Shown here one piece after another: positions 9,927 through 22,560 of a DNA stretch of 64,000 nucleotides. The stretch's first letter is position 1. Every line of letters starts with the position of its first letter. The notes under the pieces were generated by a model. That model had not been told where the DNA came from and made no database searches. It worked only from the letters and a program-made list of their open reading frames with translations. The position numbers and the translations under genes were made by a program. The DNA lies in the NCBI RefSeq assembly GCF_058153355.1, contig NZ_CM177019.1; one strand, written 5' to 3'.

Positions 9927-11390
9927 TTAAAGCAACACCACGGGCATCCACAGTAAGCCGGTAATCACCAGCAACACGAGGAATATCAGCCCAAAAATTG
10001 CCCCCAGTCGCCAGTAATCCACCGTTGGCAGATAACCACTACCGTAGTAAATTGGACTGGGTCCGGTGGCGTATGGCGTAAGAATGCTCCCCAGACCAAT
10101 TGCCGCGCCAACCATCAGGCAGAACACGGGAAGCGGGATTTCCGGCATCGCCAGCGCGGCGGCAATCATCATCGGTGCGAGAGCGGAGGTATACGCCGTG
10201 GCGCTGGCAAAGAAGTAGCGTAGCAGATAAAACACCACAATCAACGCCACCATCACCATCGTTGGCGAATAACCGCTTAAGCTGCCTGCTAACAGTTTGC
10301 CAAACCAGCTAATAAAACCGGTGTTGTTGAGTCCGGTAGCGAGGGTGATAAGCGAGGCCAGCCAGAAGAAAACGTTCCACGCGGCTTTATTACTGACAAT
10401 GTCGTCCCAACTGATAATGCGCAGAAGCAGCATCAGCGCCACCACGCTGTAACCGACCATCGCGGCATCGATATAATCACCGCCGAAAATCCACAGCACC
10501 AGCGCGCCTACCATCAGCCCCAGCATCCGTTTTTCACGCGAACAGAGCGGGCCCATTGCCTGCAGTTCCGTCTCTGCCCAGCGTGGCACCTGATCACCAG
10601 ACTTCAGTACCGGCGGGTACAGCACGTAAGCCAGCCAGGGAACCAGCAGAACCAGTAAAATGCTGAGCGGCAACATGCCGAGAAACCAGTCGCCCCAACT
10701 CAGCGTGGCGTGAGATGCGCTTTTCATCAGGCCAATTAACAGCAAGTTAGGTGCCATCGCCGTCAGGAAAATGGCGCTGGTCACGCAGTCGGCAACAATC
10801 CCCATCCACATGATGTACGAGCCAATGCTGCGCGAACTGCTGTCGTTTGGTTGTGATTGATAGAGCGGTGGCAGGTTACGGATGATGGGATAGATAATCC
10901 CCGCACCGCGCGCCGAGTTGGACGGTGTTACAGGTGCCAGGATCAGCTCGGAGAACATCACCGCATAGCCGAGAAACAGCGTACGATGCCCCATCTTTTT
11001 CACCAGAATCAGCGCGATACGTCGCCCCAGCCCGGTTTTTTCATAGCCTGTGCCAAACATAAAGGCGGCGAAAATCAGCCAGATAACCGAATTAGAAAAA
11101 CCAGAAACCGCCCAGGAGAGGGATTTGGCGGTGAACTTAAAACCTGGCTGGGCGAGCTGCTCCGGGCTAAACAGCAGCCACGGCGAGAGAATGGCGATAA
11201 TGGAGATACCCACCATCGCCACCACGGCACCCGGCACGGGTTCGAGGATCAGTCCAACGATCACGCCAGTAAAAACGGCAAAGTAGAGCCAGGTATGACT
11301 CTCCAGCCCTGCGGGAACCGGAATTAGAGCAATAATGGCGATGACCGCCAGCGGCGCAAGGTATCGCCACCATTCAGTGGAAGGTTTCAT
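9927..11390 (-). CDS. ttdT: L-tartrate/succinate antiporter (DASS family)
   Basis: 487-aa polytopic membrane protein immediately downstream of ttdAB. Confidence 0.85.
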   Translation of the reverse strand: MKPSTEWWRYLAPLAVIAIIALIPVPAGLESHTWLYFAVFTGVIVGLILEPVPGAVVAMVGISIIAILSPWLLFSPEQLAQPGFKFTAKSLSWAVSGFSNSVIWLIFAAFMFGTGYEKTGLGRRIALILVKKMGHRTLFLGYAVMFSELILAPVTPSNSARGAGIIYPIIRNLPPLYQSQPNDSSSRSIGSYIMWMGIVADCVTSAIFLTAMAPNLLLIGLMKSASHATLSWGDWFLGMLPLSILLVLLVPWLAYVLYPPVLKSGDQVPRWAETELQAMGPLCSREKRMLGLMVGALVLWIFGGDYIDAAMVGYSVVALMLLLRIISWDDIVSNKAAWNVFFWLASLITLATGLNNTGFISWFGKLLAGSLSGYSPTMVMVALIVVFYLLRYFFASATAYTSALAPMMIAAALAMPEIPLPVFCLMVGAAIGLGSILTPYATGPSPIYYGSGYLPTVDYWRLGAIFGLIFLVLLVITGLLWMPVVLL

Positions 11391-11438
11391 CGTGTTATGC
11401 CTGCGAAAAAGGAGAGGGGGTGAGCCTCTCCGGGAGGG

Positions 11439-12044
11439 TTATTTGATGTAGTGGACGTGCTCGCAAATCTCTTCCACGATGGGATCGCGGCGTTCGGCGA
11501 ACAGCTTTTTGTTTTCGGCTATCAGGTTGTTGCCGTGGGTATCAATAGAGACAATCAGCGGACCGAACTCTTTGACCCGGCAGACCCACAGCGACTCCGG
11601 CATCCCGAGTTCTGTCCAGTGCACCTCTTCAATCTCTTCCACCTGGGTTGCCGCCAGTACTGCGCAGCCTGCCGGGAAAATCACATGCAGCGCCTTGAAT
11701 TTCTGGCAGCCTTCTTCGGTCAGCGGCCCCATTCCGCCTTTGCCGACCACCAGTTTCACGCCGGTCTGTTCGATAAATTCACGTTCAAAACTTTCCATAC
11801 GCATACTGGTTGTCGGGCCGACGGATACCATCTCCCATTTGTCGCCGTTTTTGCGCACGATGGGGCCAGCGTGGAAAATCGCTTTGCCGTTGAGATCGTA
11901 AGGGATCGGACGTTTGAGTTCGATCAAGCGACGGTGACAAACGTCACGGCAGGTTACCAGCGTACCGGTCAGGTAGATCACATCGCCGACGCGAATATCT
12001 TGCAGATCTTCAGCTTTGATCGGGGTTGTCAGGATCTTTTTCAT
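11439..12044 (-). CDS. ttdB: L(+)-tartrate dehydratase beta subunit
   Basis: 201 aa; fumarate hydratase class I C-terminal-like; start overlaps the ttdA stop. Confidence 0.88.
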
Positions 12045-12952
12045 AACGCGCTCCGGGTGTGAGACAGATTTTCAAAGGTGAGATCGGCATGAACCAGCAG
12101 TGTGCCGCGACGATGCGCCCAGCAGCCGGTAGAAACAGCAACGCCGATGGTTGACGGATGGCGGGCGGCAGATTCGATATGTACGCCCATCACTGAACTG
12201 TTGCCAGTCAGCCCCTGTGGACCAATCCCCAGACGGTTGAGTCCTTCTTCCAGGCGTAGTTCCAGCTCTGCCGCTTTTGGATTGGGATGGCGGCTGCCAA
12301 TTGGGCGCAAAATGGCTTTACGTGAGAGCACAGCGGCGGTTTCCACCGAGGTGGCGATGCCCACGCCTACCAGTACCGGTGGACAGGCGTTTACGGCGAG
12401 GGTGGAGATATTTTCGAAGACGAATTTCACTACCCCTTCGTAGCCTTCCGACGGCATTAACACTTTCGAACGACCAGGCAACGTGCAGCCGCCGCCTGCC
12501 ATGTAAACTTCGATTTCCGCATCGTCACCGTCGGGGACGATATCCCAGGTGACCCACGGTACGCCGCTGCCGGTATTTTTGCCGGTGTTCACTTCGTCAA
12601 AAATTTCTACCGCATTGTGACGCAGTGGCGCTTTGACGGTTGCCTCTTCCACGGCTTGCTTAAGAATGCTTTGCAGCTCGCCAAGCAGTGGGAAACGGGA
12701 ACCGACCTTAACAAAAAACATGATTTCGCCGGTGTCCTGACAGGCAGGACGATTCAGGTCGATTGCTTTTTGCATGTTGTCGAACATCGTGTGGTAGATG
12801 ATTTTCCCCATCGACGACGTTTCGGCATCCTTTAGCTGTTTTAGTTTGTCCACCACGTCATCGGGCATTCGGGTAGAAATCATGGCGGTAAAGTTAGCGA
12901 CAATCTCCGTCAACTTATTCACTGCCTGTTGCTTATTACTTTCGCTCATCAT
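12041..12952 (-). CDS. ttdA: L(+)-tartrate dehydratase alpha subunit (Fe-S hydro-lyase)
   Basis: 303 aa; fumarate hydratase class I N-terminal-like. Confidence 0.88.
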
Positions 12953-13158
12953 GGCAACTCCAGTTTATGTATTTGTCTGGAAAAATTCACCGCCACAAAC
13001 TACCACTAAAAATGTGGTTTTATATTTTTTGCCGCCGTGAATATGTAATTCACAGTTCGTGAATCAACGCGAAAATAAGAATGAATATTGCGCCAGAGCA
13101 GGGAATGGCAATGTTTTGCGAAATACACTGCGCTTATCACAACTGCGGATAATTAACG

Positions 13159-14091
13159 ATGCTGAATAGCTGGCCTTTAGCCAAAGATTTGCAGGTACTG
13201 GTAGAAATCGTCCACAGCGGGAGTTTTAGTGCTGCAGCGGCGACGCTTGGGCAAACGCCTGCATTTGTCACCAAGCGGATCCAAATCCTTGAAAATACGC
13301 TGGCAACAATGCTGCTGAACCGCTCCGCCCGCGGCGTGGCGCTGACTGAAAGTGGCCAACGTTGTTACGAGCATGCGCTGGAAATCCTCACCCAATATCA
13401 GCGACTGGTCGATGACGTCACGCAAATCAAAACGCGCCCGGAGGGGATGATTCGTATTGGCTGTAGTTTTGGTTTTGGGCGCAGCCATATTGCGCCAGCT
13501 ATTACCGAACTGATGCGCAATTATCCTGAGTTACAGGTGCATTTTGAATTGTTCGATCGGCAAATTGATTTAGTGCAGGATAATATTGATCTGGATATTC
13601 GTATTAATGACGAAATTCCTGATTATTATATTGCGCATCTTTTGACAAAAAATAAACGAATATTATGTGCAGCGCCTGAGTATCTGCAAAAATATCCGCA
13701 GCCACAATCCTTGCAGGAATTAAGTCGTCATGACTGTCTGGTGACCAAAGAGCGCGATATGACCCACGGAATATGGGAGTTGGGGAACGGTCAGGAGAAA
13801 AAATCGGTGAAGGTAAGCGGGCACCTTTCCTCCAATAGCGGCGAGATTGTGCTGCAATGGGCGCTGGAAGGAAAAGGAATTATGCTGCGTTCTGAGTGGG
13901 ATGTTTTACCGTTTCTGGAGAGTGGCAAACTGGTGCGAGTATTGCCGGAGTATGCACAAAGCGCCAATATCTGGGCTGTTTACCGGGAGCCGCTCTATCG
14001 CAGCATGAAATTACGTGTCTGCGTGGAATTTCTGGCGGCATGGTGCCAGCAGCGGCTAGGCAAGCCCGACGAAGGCTATCAGGTTATGTAG
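13159..14091 (+). CDS. ttdR: LysR-type transcriptional activator of the tartrate genes
   Basis: 310 aa; N-terminal LysR HTH; divergent from ttdA. Confidence 0.88.
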   Translation: MLNSWPLAKDLQVLVEIVHSGSFSAAAATLGQTPAFVTKRIQILENTLATMLLNRSARGVALTESGQRCYEHALEILTQYQRLVDDVTQIKTRPEGMIRIGCSFGFGRSHIAPAITELMRNYPELQVHFELFDRQIDLVQDNIDLDIRINDEIPDYYIAHLLTKNKRILCAAPEYLQKYPQPQSLQELSRHDCLVTKERDMTHGIWELGNGQEKKSVKVSGHLSSNSGEIVLQWALEGKGIMLRSEWDVLPFLESGKLVRVLPEYAQSANIWAVYREPLYRSMKLRVCVEFLAAWCQQRLGKPDEGYQVM

Positions 14092-14103
14092 ACTCGCGAA
14101 AAA

Positions 14104-14721
14104 TCACTCAGGATCCTTTTCGCGCTTTCTTTTGAATTTCGTCCAGATTTTTGTCTCCTGACGACGCCACAGACGCTGGATGTTGTCATGATGGCGCAGC
14201 AGGATCAGGCATGAGAGCATCGAAACCGGGAAGGTGAATTGTGGCTTAAACCACCAGACGTAAAATGGAGCAATCAGTGCGCTGACAATCGCTCCCAGCG
14301 ACGAGTATCCGCTCAATAGCACGGTCAGTAACCAGGTTCCCGCCATTACTCCGGTGAGATCCCAGCCAATTGGTGCGATGGCACCAAAAGCGGTAGCAAC
14401 GCCTTTTCCTCCTTTAAAACCGAAGAAAACGGGCCAGATGTGTCCAAGGCAGGCGGCGATGGCAATTAAGCCTAGCCAGAAGGGGCTGACACCTAATTCA
14501 TACGCGCCCCAGACGGGCAACATTCCTTTCAGAACGTCGAAAATCAGTACTGCTACGGCTGCTCCCTTGCCACCGATACGTAACACATTGGTTGCGCCAG
14601 GATTACCGGAGCCGCTGGTTCGCGGATCGGGCAGCCCACACAAGCGGCAAACCAGAATGGCACTGGAAATGGAGCCGCAGAGGTACGCGATGAGGATCAT
14701 TCCAGGCGCGATTGCACTCAT
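14104..14721 (-). CDS. plsY: Glycerol-3-phosphate acyltransferase PlsY
   Basis: 205-aa membrane protein, [26 protein letters not shown]... Confidence 0.9.
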
Positions 14722-14825
14722 AAGCTGTTCCGTTTTGAAAATTCGTGTTCAACGATGAATCTGTGGATAATACGCACATTTCGCCGGAAGTGGTATCCGG
14801 TTAGCCAAAAAGCAGGCAGGACGTG

Positions 14826-15194
14826 ATGGATATTGTATTTATAGAGCAACTTTCGGTAATCACCACTATTGGTGTTTACGACTGGGAACAGACCATCGAA
14901 CAGAAGTTAGTGTTCGATATCGAAATGGCGTGGGATAACCGTAAAGCGGCGAAAAGTGATGATGTGGCGGATTGCCTCAGTTACGCTGACATTGCAGAAA
15001 CGGTAGTCAGCCACGTCGAGGGCGCGCGTTTTGCGCTGGTGGAACGTGTGGCGGAAGAGGTGGCGGAGCTGCTGTTAGCACGCTTCAACTCGCCGTGGGT
15101 GCGTATCAAACTCAGCAAGCCAGGCGCAGTGGCGCGGGCGGCGAATGTTGGCGTCATCATTGAGCGTGGCAATAATCTGAAAGAAAATAATTAA
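14826..15194 (+). CDS. folB: Dihydroneopterin aldolase
   Basis: 122 aa from MDIVFIEQLSVITTIGVYDWEQ... Confidence 0.92.
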   Translation: MDIVFIEQLSVITTIGVYDWEQTIEQKLVFDIEMAWDNRKAAKSDDVADCLSYADIAETVVSHVEGARFALVERVAEEVAELLLARFNSPWVRIKLSKPGAVARAANVGVIIERGNNLKENN

Positions 15195-15284
15195 TTTTAC
15201 AGCTGTTAAACCAAACGGTTATAACCTGGTCATACTGCAGTAGTTTGGACAAGCGTTACATTTTTATAATTTAGGGGTTTATTG

Positions 15285-16106
15285 ATGAGCGATATGCACT
15301 CGCTGCTGATAGCGGCAATATTGGGTGTGGTCGAAGGATTGACAGAATTTCTGCCGGTATCCAGCACGGGCCATATGATTATTGTCGGTCACTTGTTGGG
15401 ATTTGAGGGCGACACGGCGAAAACCTTTGAAGTCGTGATCCAGTTAGGATCAATTCTGGCGGTAGTAGTGATGTTCTGGCGGCGTCTGTTTGGCCTGATT
15501 GGCATTCACTTTGGTCGTCCGCTGCAACACGAAGGAGAAAGCAAAGGCCGTTTAACGCTGATCCACATTCTGCTTGGCATGATCCCAGCGGTAGTACTGG
15601 GGCTGTTGTTCCACGACACGATTAAGTCGTTGTTTAATCCAATAAATGTGATGTATGCGCTGGTCGTTGGCGGTCTGTTGCTGATTGCCGCCGAATGTCT
15701 GAAGCCGAAAGAACCGCGTGCGCCGGGTCTCGATGATATGACCTATCGTCAGGCGTTTATGATTGGCTGCTTCCAGTGTCTGGCGCTGTGGCCAGGTTTC
15801 TCCCGTTCCGGGGCGACCATTTCAGGTGGGATGCTGATGGGTGTGAGCCGTTATGCGGCTTCTGAGTTCTCGTTCCTGCTGGCGGTGCCGATGATGATGG
15901 GCGCAACGGCGCTCGATCTCTACAAAAGCTGGGGCTTCCTGACAACCGGCGATATCCCGATGTTTGCCGTTGGGTTTATCACCGCTTTTGTGGTGGCGCT
16001 GATAGCGATTAAAACCTTCCTGCAATTGATTAAGCGCATTTCGTTTATCCCTTTCGCCATTTATCGCTTTATTGTGGCTGCTGCGGTGTATGTCGTGTTC
16101 TTTTGA
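15285..16106 (+). CDS. uppP: Undecaprenyl-diphosphate phosphatase
   Basis: 273 aa from [30 protein letters not shown]. Confidence 0.92.
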
Positions 16107-16186
16107 TTGAGGAATAGTGTCGGATATGACGCTTGTGCGTCTTATCCGACCTGGCCGGTGTTTGCAATAAATTGAAATTCAAGTGC

Positions 16187-17425
16187 TTAATCAGGCTTTG
16201 GACAACGTTGTTCCTTCCAGCTGGCTACCGCCGCAATCCGCCGTCGGGTCAGCTCTTCGCGAATCTCCACACCTTTAAATCCCGCTTCAACGACGGCTTT
16301 TGTCGGCACTGACTGTGCCACTTCCCAGGCTTCGCGCAACCAGCGGCCTTGCGGGTAGTCCGCTGATTCAAAACCGGTTCTGCCGCGCACATCAGCCTCG
16401 CTGGTCAGCGCCAGTTGCTCGACACGCTGCGGTTTACGCCAGGCGTCGATGGAATCAAATAGTTTGACGATGGTTTTTGGGTTCAGCATTGGGAAGGTGT
16501 GGATGAGATCGTGAAACTCAGCCACCAGTCTGGCTAAATCGCGAATTTCATTTGGCACGCGCAGACGCTGGCATAGTTGTTCCACTAACTTCACACCCGC
16601 CGGGCCATGACCATGATGACGCGGCCAAAGTTCTGGCGGCGTCAGTCCTTTACCGAGATCGTGGCATAGCGTTGCGAAACGGACATCGACCTGCGGACTT
16701 AGCATCGCCGCCATTGAGAGCGTCATTAAGGTGTGAATACCGGTGTCGATTTCCGGATGCCACTTGGCTGGGGCCGGAACGCCAAACAGGGCGTCAATTT
16801 CCGGGAATAAAACGCGCAGTGCGCCGCAATCGCGCAGTACCTGGAAGAACACCTGGGGATTGCGGGTAGTGAGGGCGTTTTCCGTCTCTTTCCACACCCG
16901 TTCAGGCGTCAGGTGTTCCAGTTCACCCGCGTGGGTCATCTCGCGCATCAGCGCCAGAGTTTCATCGGCAATACGAAAACCGAGGTGGGCATAACGCGCA
17001 GCAAAACGCGCCACGCGCAGTACGCGTAACGGATCTTCGCCAAAAGCGGGGGAAACATGGCGCAACAGACGATTTTGCAGATCGCCCAGACCGTTGTACG
17101 GGTCGATAATCTCGCCGTTATCGTCCTGGGCCAGCGCATTAATGGTCAGATCGCGCCGCTTAAGATCATCTTCCAGCGTGACATCCGGTGCGGCATAGCA
17201 GGTAAAACCGGTGTAACCGGAACCGGATTTCCGTTCGGTACGTGCCAGCGCATACTCTTCATGCGTTTGCGGATGCAGAAAAACAGGAAAATCGCGGCCT
17301 ACCTGCTGGTAGCCCGCGTCGAGCATCTCCTGTGGCGTACTACCGACTACCACCCAATCTCTGTCTTTGACCGGTAGCCCTAACAATGCATCCCGAACAG
17401 CACCACCGACCAGATAAATCTTCAC
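16187..17425 (-). CDS. cca: tRNA nucleotidyltransferase (CCA-adding enzyme) with HD domain
   Basis: 412 aa, [28 protein letters not shown]... Confidence 0.93.
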   Translation of the reverse strand: MKIYLVGGAVRDALLGLPVKDRDWVVVGSTPQEMLDAGYQQVGRDFPVFLHPQTHEEYALARTERKSGSGYTGFTCYAAPDVTLEDDLKRRDLTINALAQDDNGEIIDPYNGLGDLQNRLLRHVSPAFGEDPLRVLRVARFAARYAHLGFRIADETLALMREMTHAGELEHLTPERVWKETENALTTRNPQVFFQVLRDCGALRVLFPEIDALFGVPAPAKWHPEIDTGIHTLMTLSMAAMLSPQVDVRFATLCHDLGKGLTPPELWPRHHGHGPAGVKLVEQLCQRLRVPNEIRDLARLVAEFHDLIHTFPMLNPKTIVKLFDSIDAWRKPQRVEQLALTSEADVRGRTGFESADYPQGRWLREAWEVAQSVPTKAVVEAGFKGVEIREELTRRRIAAVASWKEQRCPKPD

Positions 17426-17488
17426 GCCATCATCCCTTCGTCAAATACACAATTCCTAATAATAAGACAGTGCAACGAAGAAGGCGAT

Positions 17489-18109
17489 TTAGTTCATCCA
17501 GCGATCTTTACGTTTGCGCGTTGGGATCAGGTGCGGCAGTACCAGACCGAGCAGCAAGCCAAGCCCCAGCACGCCGCCACCATACATAAACCACTGCATG
17601 ATGATGGTGCGCTGTTTGTCATCCAGCTGCACGCTGGCGGCATCGACCTTTTTCTGCGCGACAATCAGCTCGTTTTTCAGTTTCTGATTTTCTTCTTTTA
17701 ACCCGTTGATCACGCTGTCGCTCTGCGCCACTTTTTGCTGCATTTCTGCGGTGCGCTGATTCCAGGTGTTATCGATATTGGTGAGCTTATCGGTCAGGGT
17801 TTTGACCTGATTTTCCTGATCTGGCACACGGGAGCGCAGGCTTGGCTCTGTGCTAAGTTGTTTCAACGGGATCCAGGCAGTTCGGCCAGAGCTGTCTTTC
17901 ACCTGGGCATAATTGGTGTTGGCGTCAGTTTGTAATAAGGTCACTTCCTCGCCGGCGTTAACCGTGCCCACGAGGCGATAATGGTCTCCCGGACCGCTAC
18001 GGACCCAGGTATTCAGTTCGTCGGAAACATAGCGCGTTTCTTCAGCGTGTGAGACGGCAGTGGCGCTAAGTGCAAGTATAGTTAATCCGATCAGGCGTAA
18101 TTTTGGCAT
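17489..18109 (-). CDS. ygiM: SH3-domain inner-membrane protein
   Basis: 206 aa from MPKLRLIGLTILALSATAVSHA (signal peptide), coiled-coil segment, C-terminal transmembrane helix. Confidence 0.8.
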   Translation of the reverse strand: MPKLRLIGLTILALSATAVSHAEETRYVSDELNTWVRSGPGDHYRLVGTVNAGEEVTLLQTDANTNYAQVKDSSGRTAWIPLKQLSTEPSLRSRVPDQENQVKTLTDKLTNIDNTWNQRTAEMQQKVAQSDSVINGLKEENQKLKNELIVAQKKVDAASVQLDDKQRTIIMQWFMYGGGVLGLGLLLGLVLPHLIPTRKRKDRWMN

Positions 18110-18348
18110 CAGGCTGTCGTTATTGTCTGGGAAAAGTGGAACGATAGTAGTGGCATCAGTGTCGCTACGCAAAGCATTCGCTATCAATCGGAATCCTCTG
18201 TGTCAGGTGCCACAGCTTCAATCTTTTACGCCCGTCAAATTGCCCGTTGCATGGCAATTTGGCGCAAAATACTATCTACTGACAAAAAAGATCGCATTAA
18301 GTTCGCCGTTCATCGTCACTTATGTGACATAACCGATAAGTAAAGGCC

Positions 18349-19650
18349 ATGGCTCAGGAAATCGAATTAAAGTTTATTGTTAATCACAGTGCCGTTGAGA
18401 CGCTGCGTGACCATCTCAATACGCTGGGCGGCGAGCACCATGACCCCGTGCAGTTGCTGAATATTTACTACGAAACGCCGGATAACTGGTTGCGTGAACA
18501 CGATATGGGCTTACGTATTCGTGGCGAAAACGGCCGCTATGAGATGACCATGAAAGTCGCAGGAAGAGTGACTGGCGGTTTACACCAGCGCCCGGAATAT
18601 AACGTGGCGTTGAGCGAACCGACGCTCGAGCTGGCGCAGTTACCGACGGAAGTCTGGCCGAACGGTGAGTTACCAGCCGATCTCGCGTCCCGCGTGAAGC
18701 CACTGTTCAGCACCGATTTTTATCGCGAAAAGTGGCTGGTAGAGGTCGATGGTAGCCAAATTGAAATCGCTCTCGACCAGGGGGAAGTGAAAGCGGGGGA
18801 ATTTGCTGAGCCTATCTGCGAGCTTGAACTGGAACTGCTTAGCGGCGACACGCGCGCGGTGCTGAAACTGGCGAACCAACTGGTATCGCAAACCGGATTA
18901 CGTCAGGGCAGCCTGAGCAAAGCCGCGCGCGGCTATCATCTGGCGCAAGGCAATCCCGCGCGTGAAATCAAACCCACCACCATTTTGCATGTTGCGGCAA
19001 AAGCCGATGTGGAACAGGGGCTGGAAGCGGCGCTCGAGCTGGCGTTAGCGCAATGGCAGTATCATGAAGAACTGTGGGTCCGCGGCAACGATGCGGCGAA
19101 AGAGCAAGTGCTGGCTGCCATTGGCCTGGTCCGTCATACGCTGATGCTGTTCGGTGGCATTGTGCCGCGTAAAGCGAGCACTCACTTACGTGACCTGCTG
19201 ACTCAATGCGAAGCGACCATCGCATCTGCGGTGTCTGCCGTAACGGCGGTCTACTCTACCGAAACGGCGATGGCGAAGCTGGCGTTGACCGAATGGCTGG
19301 TAAGCAAAGCCTGGCAGCCGTTTTTAGATGCCAAAGCGCAGGGCAAAATCAGCGATTCTTTCAAACGCTTTGCCGATATCCATCTTTCCCGCCATGCCGC
19401 TGAACTGAAAAGCGTTTTCTGCCAGCCATTAGGCGATCGCTACCGTGACCAATTGCCGCGCCTGACGCGTGACATTGACTCAATATTGTTGCTGGCGGGT
19501 TACTACGATCCTCTCGTCGCGCAAGCCTGGCTGGAGAACTGGCAGGGACTGCGTCATGCCATTGCGACCGGGCAACGCATTGAAATTGAACATTTCCGTA
19601 ATGAGGCAAACAATCAGGAACCGTTCTGGTTGCACAGCGGAAAACGTTAA
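18349..19650 (+). CDS. ygiF: Inorganic triphosphatase (CYTH domain + CHAD domain)
   Basis: 433 aa, [11 protein letters not shown]... CYTH signature. Confidence 0.88.
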   Translation: MAQEIELKFIVNHSAVETLRDHLNTLGGEHHDPVQLLNIYYETPDNWLREHDMGLRIRGENGRYEMTMKVAGRVTGGLHQRPEYNVALSEPTLELAQLPTEVWPNGELPADLASRVKPLFSTDFYREKWLVEVDGSQIEIALDQGEVKAGEFAEPICELELELLSGDTRAVLKLANQLVSQTGLRQGSLSKAARGYHLAQGNPAREIKPTTILHVAAKADVEQGLEAALELALAQWQYHEELWVRGNDAAKEQVLAAIGLVRHTLMLFGGIVPRKASTHLRDLLTQCEATIASAVSAVTAVYSTETAMAKLALTEWLVSKAWQPFLDAKAQGKISDSFKRFADIHLSRHAAELKSVFCQPLGDRYRDQLPRLTRDIDSILLLAGYYDPLVAQAWLENWQGLRHAIATGQRIEIEHFRNEANNQEPFWLHSGKR

Positions 19651-19672
19651 TCAGGCAAGGATAAAATCGCTT

Positions 19673-22513
19673 ATGAAGCCGCTCTCTTCACCGTTACAGC
19701 AGTACTGGCAGACCGTTGTTGAGCGGCTGCCAGAGCCTTTAGCCGAGGAATCACTTAGCGCACAGGCGAAGTCAGTACTTACTTTCAGTGATTTTCTGCA
19801 GGACAGCATAATTGCGCATCCAGAGTGGCTGACGGAACTGGAAAGCCAACCGCCGCAGGCCGACGAATGGCAGCATTACGCTGCATGGTTGCAGGAGGCG
19901 CTCAGTAATGTGAGTGACGAAGCCGGGTTAATGCGCGAGCTGCGGCTATTCCGGCGGCGCATTATGGTGCGCATCGCCTGGGCGCAAACGCTGGCACTGG
20001 TTACTGAAGAGAGCATATTGCAGCAGCTCAGCCATCTGGCGGAGACATTGATTGTCGCCGCGCGTGACTGGCTGTATGAGGCCTGCTGCCGCGAGTGGGG
20101 TACGCCCTGCAATGCGCAGGGTGAAGCGCAACCGCTGCTGATTTTAGGCATGGGTAAACTGGGCGGCGGGGAGCTGAATTTTTCCTCAGATATCGATCTG
20201 ATTTTTGTCTGGCCGGAACATGGTTGCACGCAGGGCGGACGCAGGGAACTGGATAACGCTCAGTTCTTTACCCGCATGGGTCAGCGGCTGATTAAAGTGC
20301 TGGATCAACCAACGCAGGATGGTTTTGTTTATCGCGTGGATATGCGACTGCGTCCGTTTGGCGAAAGTGGCCCGCTGGTGCTGAGCTTTGCGGCACTGGA
20401 AGACTATTACCAGGAGCAGGGGCGCGACTGGGAGCGATACGCCATGGTCAAGGCGCGGATTATGGGCGATAGCGACGGCGTCTATGCTAACGAGTTGCGT
20501 GCGATGCTGCGCCCGTTTGTTTTCCGCCGTTACATCGATTTCAGCGTGATCCAGTCGCTGCGCAACATGAAAGGAATGATTGCCCGTGAAGTACGTCGTC
20601 GTGGTTTGACCGATAACATCAAACTTGGCGCGGGTGGCATTCGCGAAATTGAATTTATCGTCCAGGTATTCCAGCTCATTCGCGGCGGGCGCGAACCGTC
20701 GCTGCAATCGCGCTCTTTACTGCCAACGCTCAGCGCCATTGCCGCGCTGCATCTGCTTTCTGAAAACGATGCTGAACAATTGCGAGTGGCGTATCTGTTC
20801 CTGCGGCGTCTGGAAAACCTGCTGCAAAGCATTAACGACGAACAAACCCAGACACTTCCTTCTGATGAGCTTAACCGTGCGCGGCTGGCGTGGGCGATGG
20901 ACTTTGCTGACTGGCCGCAACTGACCGGGGCGCTGACCGTACATATGACCAATGTGCGCCGGGTGTTTAATGAATTGATTGGCGACGACGAAAGCGAAAC
21001 TCAGGAAGAGTCGCTGTCGGAACAGTGGCGTGAGCTGTGGCAGGATGCGTTGCAGGAAGATGACACCACGCCAGTGCTGGCGCATCTTAGCGAAGATGAT
21101 CGCAAACAGGTGCTGACGCTGATTGCTGATTTCCGCAAAGAGCTGGATAAGCGCACTATTGGGCCGCGAGGACGTCAGGTGCTCGACCATCTGATGCCGC
21201 ATCTGCTAAGTGATGTCTGTGCGCGTGAAGACGCTGCTGTCACGCTGTCGCGCATTACCGCCTTGCTGGTGGGGATTGTTACCCGCACTACCTATTTAGA
21301 ATTGCTTAGTGAATTCCCCGCGGCGCTTAAGCATTTGATTTCTCTGTGTGCCGCATCGCCGATGATTGCCAGCCAACTGGCGCGTTATCCATTATTGCTG
21401 GACGAACTGCTCGATCCAAACACTCTCTACCAGCCGACGGCGACGGATGCCTACCGTGATGAACTGCGCCAGTATTTGCTGCGCGTGCCGGAAGATGACG
21501 AAGAACAACAGCTTGAGGCGCTGCGTCAGTTCAAACAGGCGCAACTGTTACGTATTGCGGCAGCGGATATCGCCGGTACGCTACCGGTAATGAAAGTGAG
21601 CGATCACTTAACCTGGCTGGCGGAAGCTATGATAGATGCCGTCGTTCAGCAGGCGTGGGTTCAAATGGTTGCCCGCTACGGTAAACCGAATCACCTGAAC
21701 GAACGCGAAGGGCGTGGTTTTGCGGTGGTCGGCTACGGCAAGCTGGGCGGCTGGGAGTTAGGCTACAGTTCCGATCTTGACCTGATCTTCCTCCATGATT
21801 GCCCAATGGATGCGATGACTGACGGCGAGCGGGAAATCGACGGGCGACAGTTTTATCTGCGTCTGGCGCAACGCATTATGCATCTGTTCAGTACGCGCAC
21901 CTCTTCCGGCATTTTGTACGAAGTGGATGCGCGGCTGCGTCCGTCCGGGGCGGCGGGAATGCTGGTGACATCTGCAGAAGCGTTTTCCGATTATCAGAAA
22001 AACGAGGCCTGGACGTGGGAACATCAGGCGCTGGTGCGTGCGCGTGTAGTGTACGGCGATCCGCAGCTCACCGCGCACTTTGACGCGGTGCGTCGCGAGA
22101 TTATGACGCTGCCGCGTGAAGGTAAAACTCTGCAAACGGAAGTGCGGGAAATGCGCGAGAAAATGCGCGCTCATCTCGGCAATAAACATCGCGATCGCTT
22201 TGATATCAAAGCCGATGAAGGCGGAATTACCGATATCGAATTTATTACCCAATATCTGGTGTTGCGCTACGCTCATGAAAAACCGAAGTTAACGCGCTGG
22301 TCAGACAACGTGCGTATTCTGGAGCTGCTGGCGCAAAACGACATTATGGAAGAGCAGGAAGCGATGGCGCTGACCCGTGCTTACACGACGCTGCGCGATG
22401 AACTTCATCATCTGGCATTACAGGAATTGCCGGGTCATGTGCCGGAAGATTGCTTTACCGCAGAGCGTGAACTGGTGCGGGCAAGCTGGCAGAAGTGGCT
22501 GGTGGAAGAATGA
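19673..22513 (+). CDS. glnE: Glutamine synthetase adenylyltransferase / adenylyl-removing enzyme
   Basis: ATG at 19673 gives 946 aa from [22 protein letters not shown]; two nucleotidyltransferase domains. Confidence 0.93.
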   Translation: MKPLSSPLQQYWQTVVERLPEPLAEESLSAQAKSVLTFSDFLQDSIIAHPEWLTELESQPPQADEWQHYAAWLQEALSNVSDEAGLMRELRLFRRRIMVRIAWAQTLALVTEESILQQLSHLAETLIVAARDWLYEACCREWGTPCNAQGEAQPLLILGMGKLGGGELNFSSDIDLIFVWPEHGCTQGGRRELDNAQFFTRMGQRLIKVLDQPTQDGFVYRVDMRLRPFGESGPLVLSFAALEDYYQEQGRDWERYAMVKARIMGDSDGVYANELRAMLRPFVFRRYIDFSVIQSLRNMKGMIAREVRRRGLTDNIKLGAGGIREIEFIVQVFQLIRGGREPSLQSRSLLPTLSAIAALHLLSENDAEQLRVAYLFLRRLENLLQSINDEQTQTLPSDELNRARLAWAMDFADWPQLTGALTVHMTNVRRVFNELIGDDESETQEESLSEQWRELWQDALQEDDTTPVLAHLSEDDRKQVLTLIADFRKELDKRTIGPRGRQVLDHLMPHLLSDVCAREDAAVTLSRITALLVGIVTRTTYLELLSEFPAALKHLISLCAASPMIASQLARYPLLLDELLDPNTLYQPTATDAYRDELRQYLLRVPEDDEEQQLEALRQFKQAQLLRIAAADIAGTLPVMKVSDHLTWLAEAMIDAVVQQAWVQMVARYGKPNHLNEREGRGFAVVGYGKLGGWELGYSSDLDLIFLHDCPMDAMTDGEREIDGRQFYLRLAQRIMHLFSTRTSSGILYEVDARLRPSGAAGMLVTSAEAFSDYQKNEAWTWEHQALVRARVVYGDPQLTAHFDAVRREIMTLPREGKTLQTEVREMREKMRAHLGNKHRDRFDIKADEGGITDIEFITQYLVLRYAHEKPKLTRWSDNVRILELLAQNDIMEEQEAMALTRAYTTLRDELHHLALQELPGHVPEDCFTAERELVRASWQKWLVEE

Positions 22514-22560
22514 AGTATGGTATTATCGCGCGCAAATTTTGAATCTCTCAGGAGACAGGA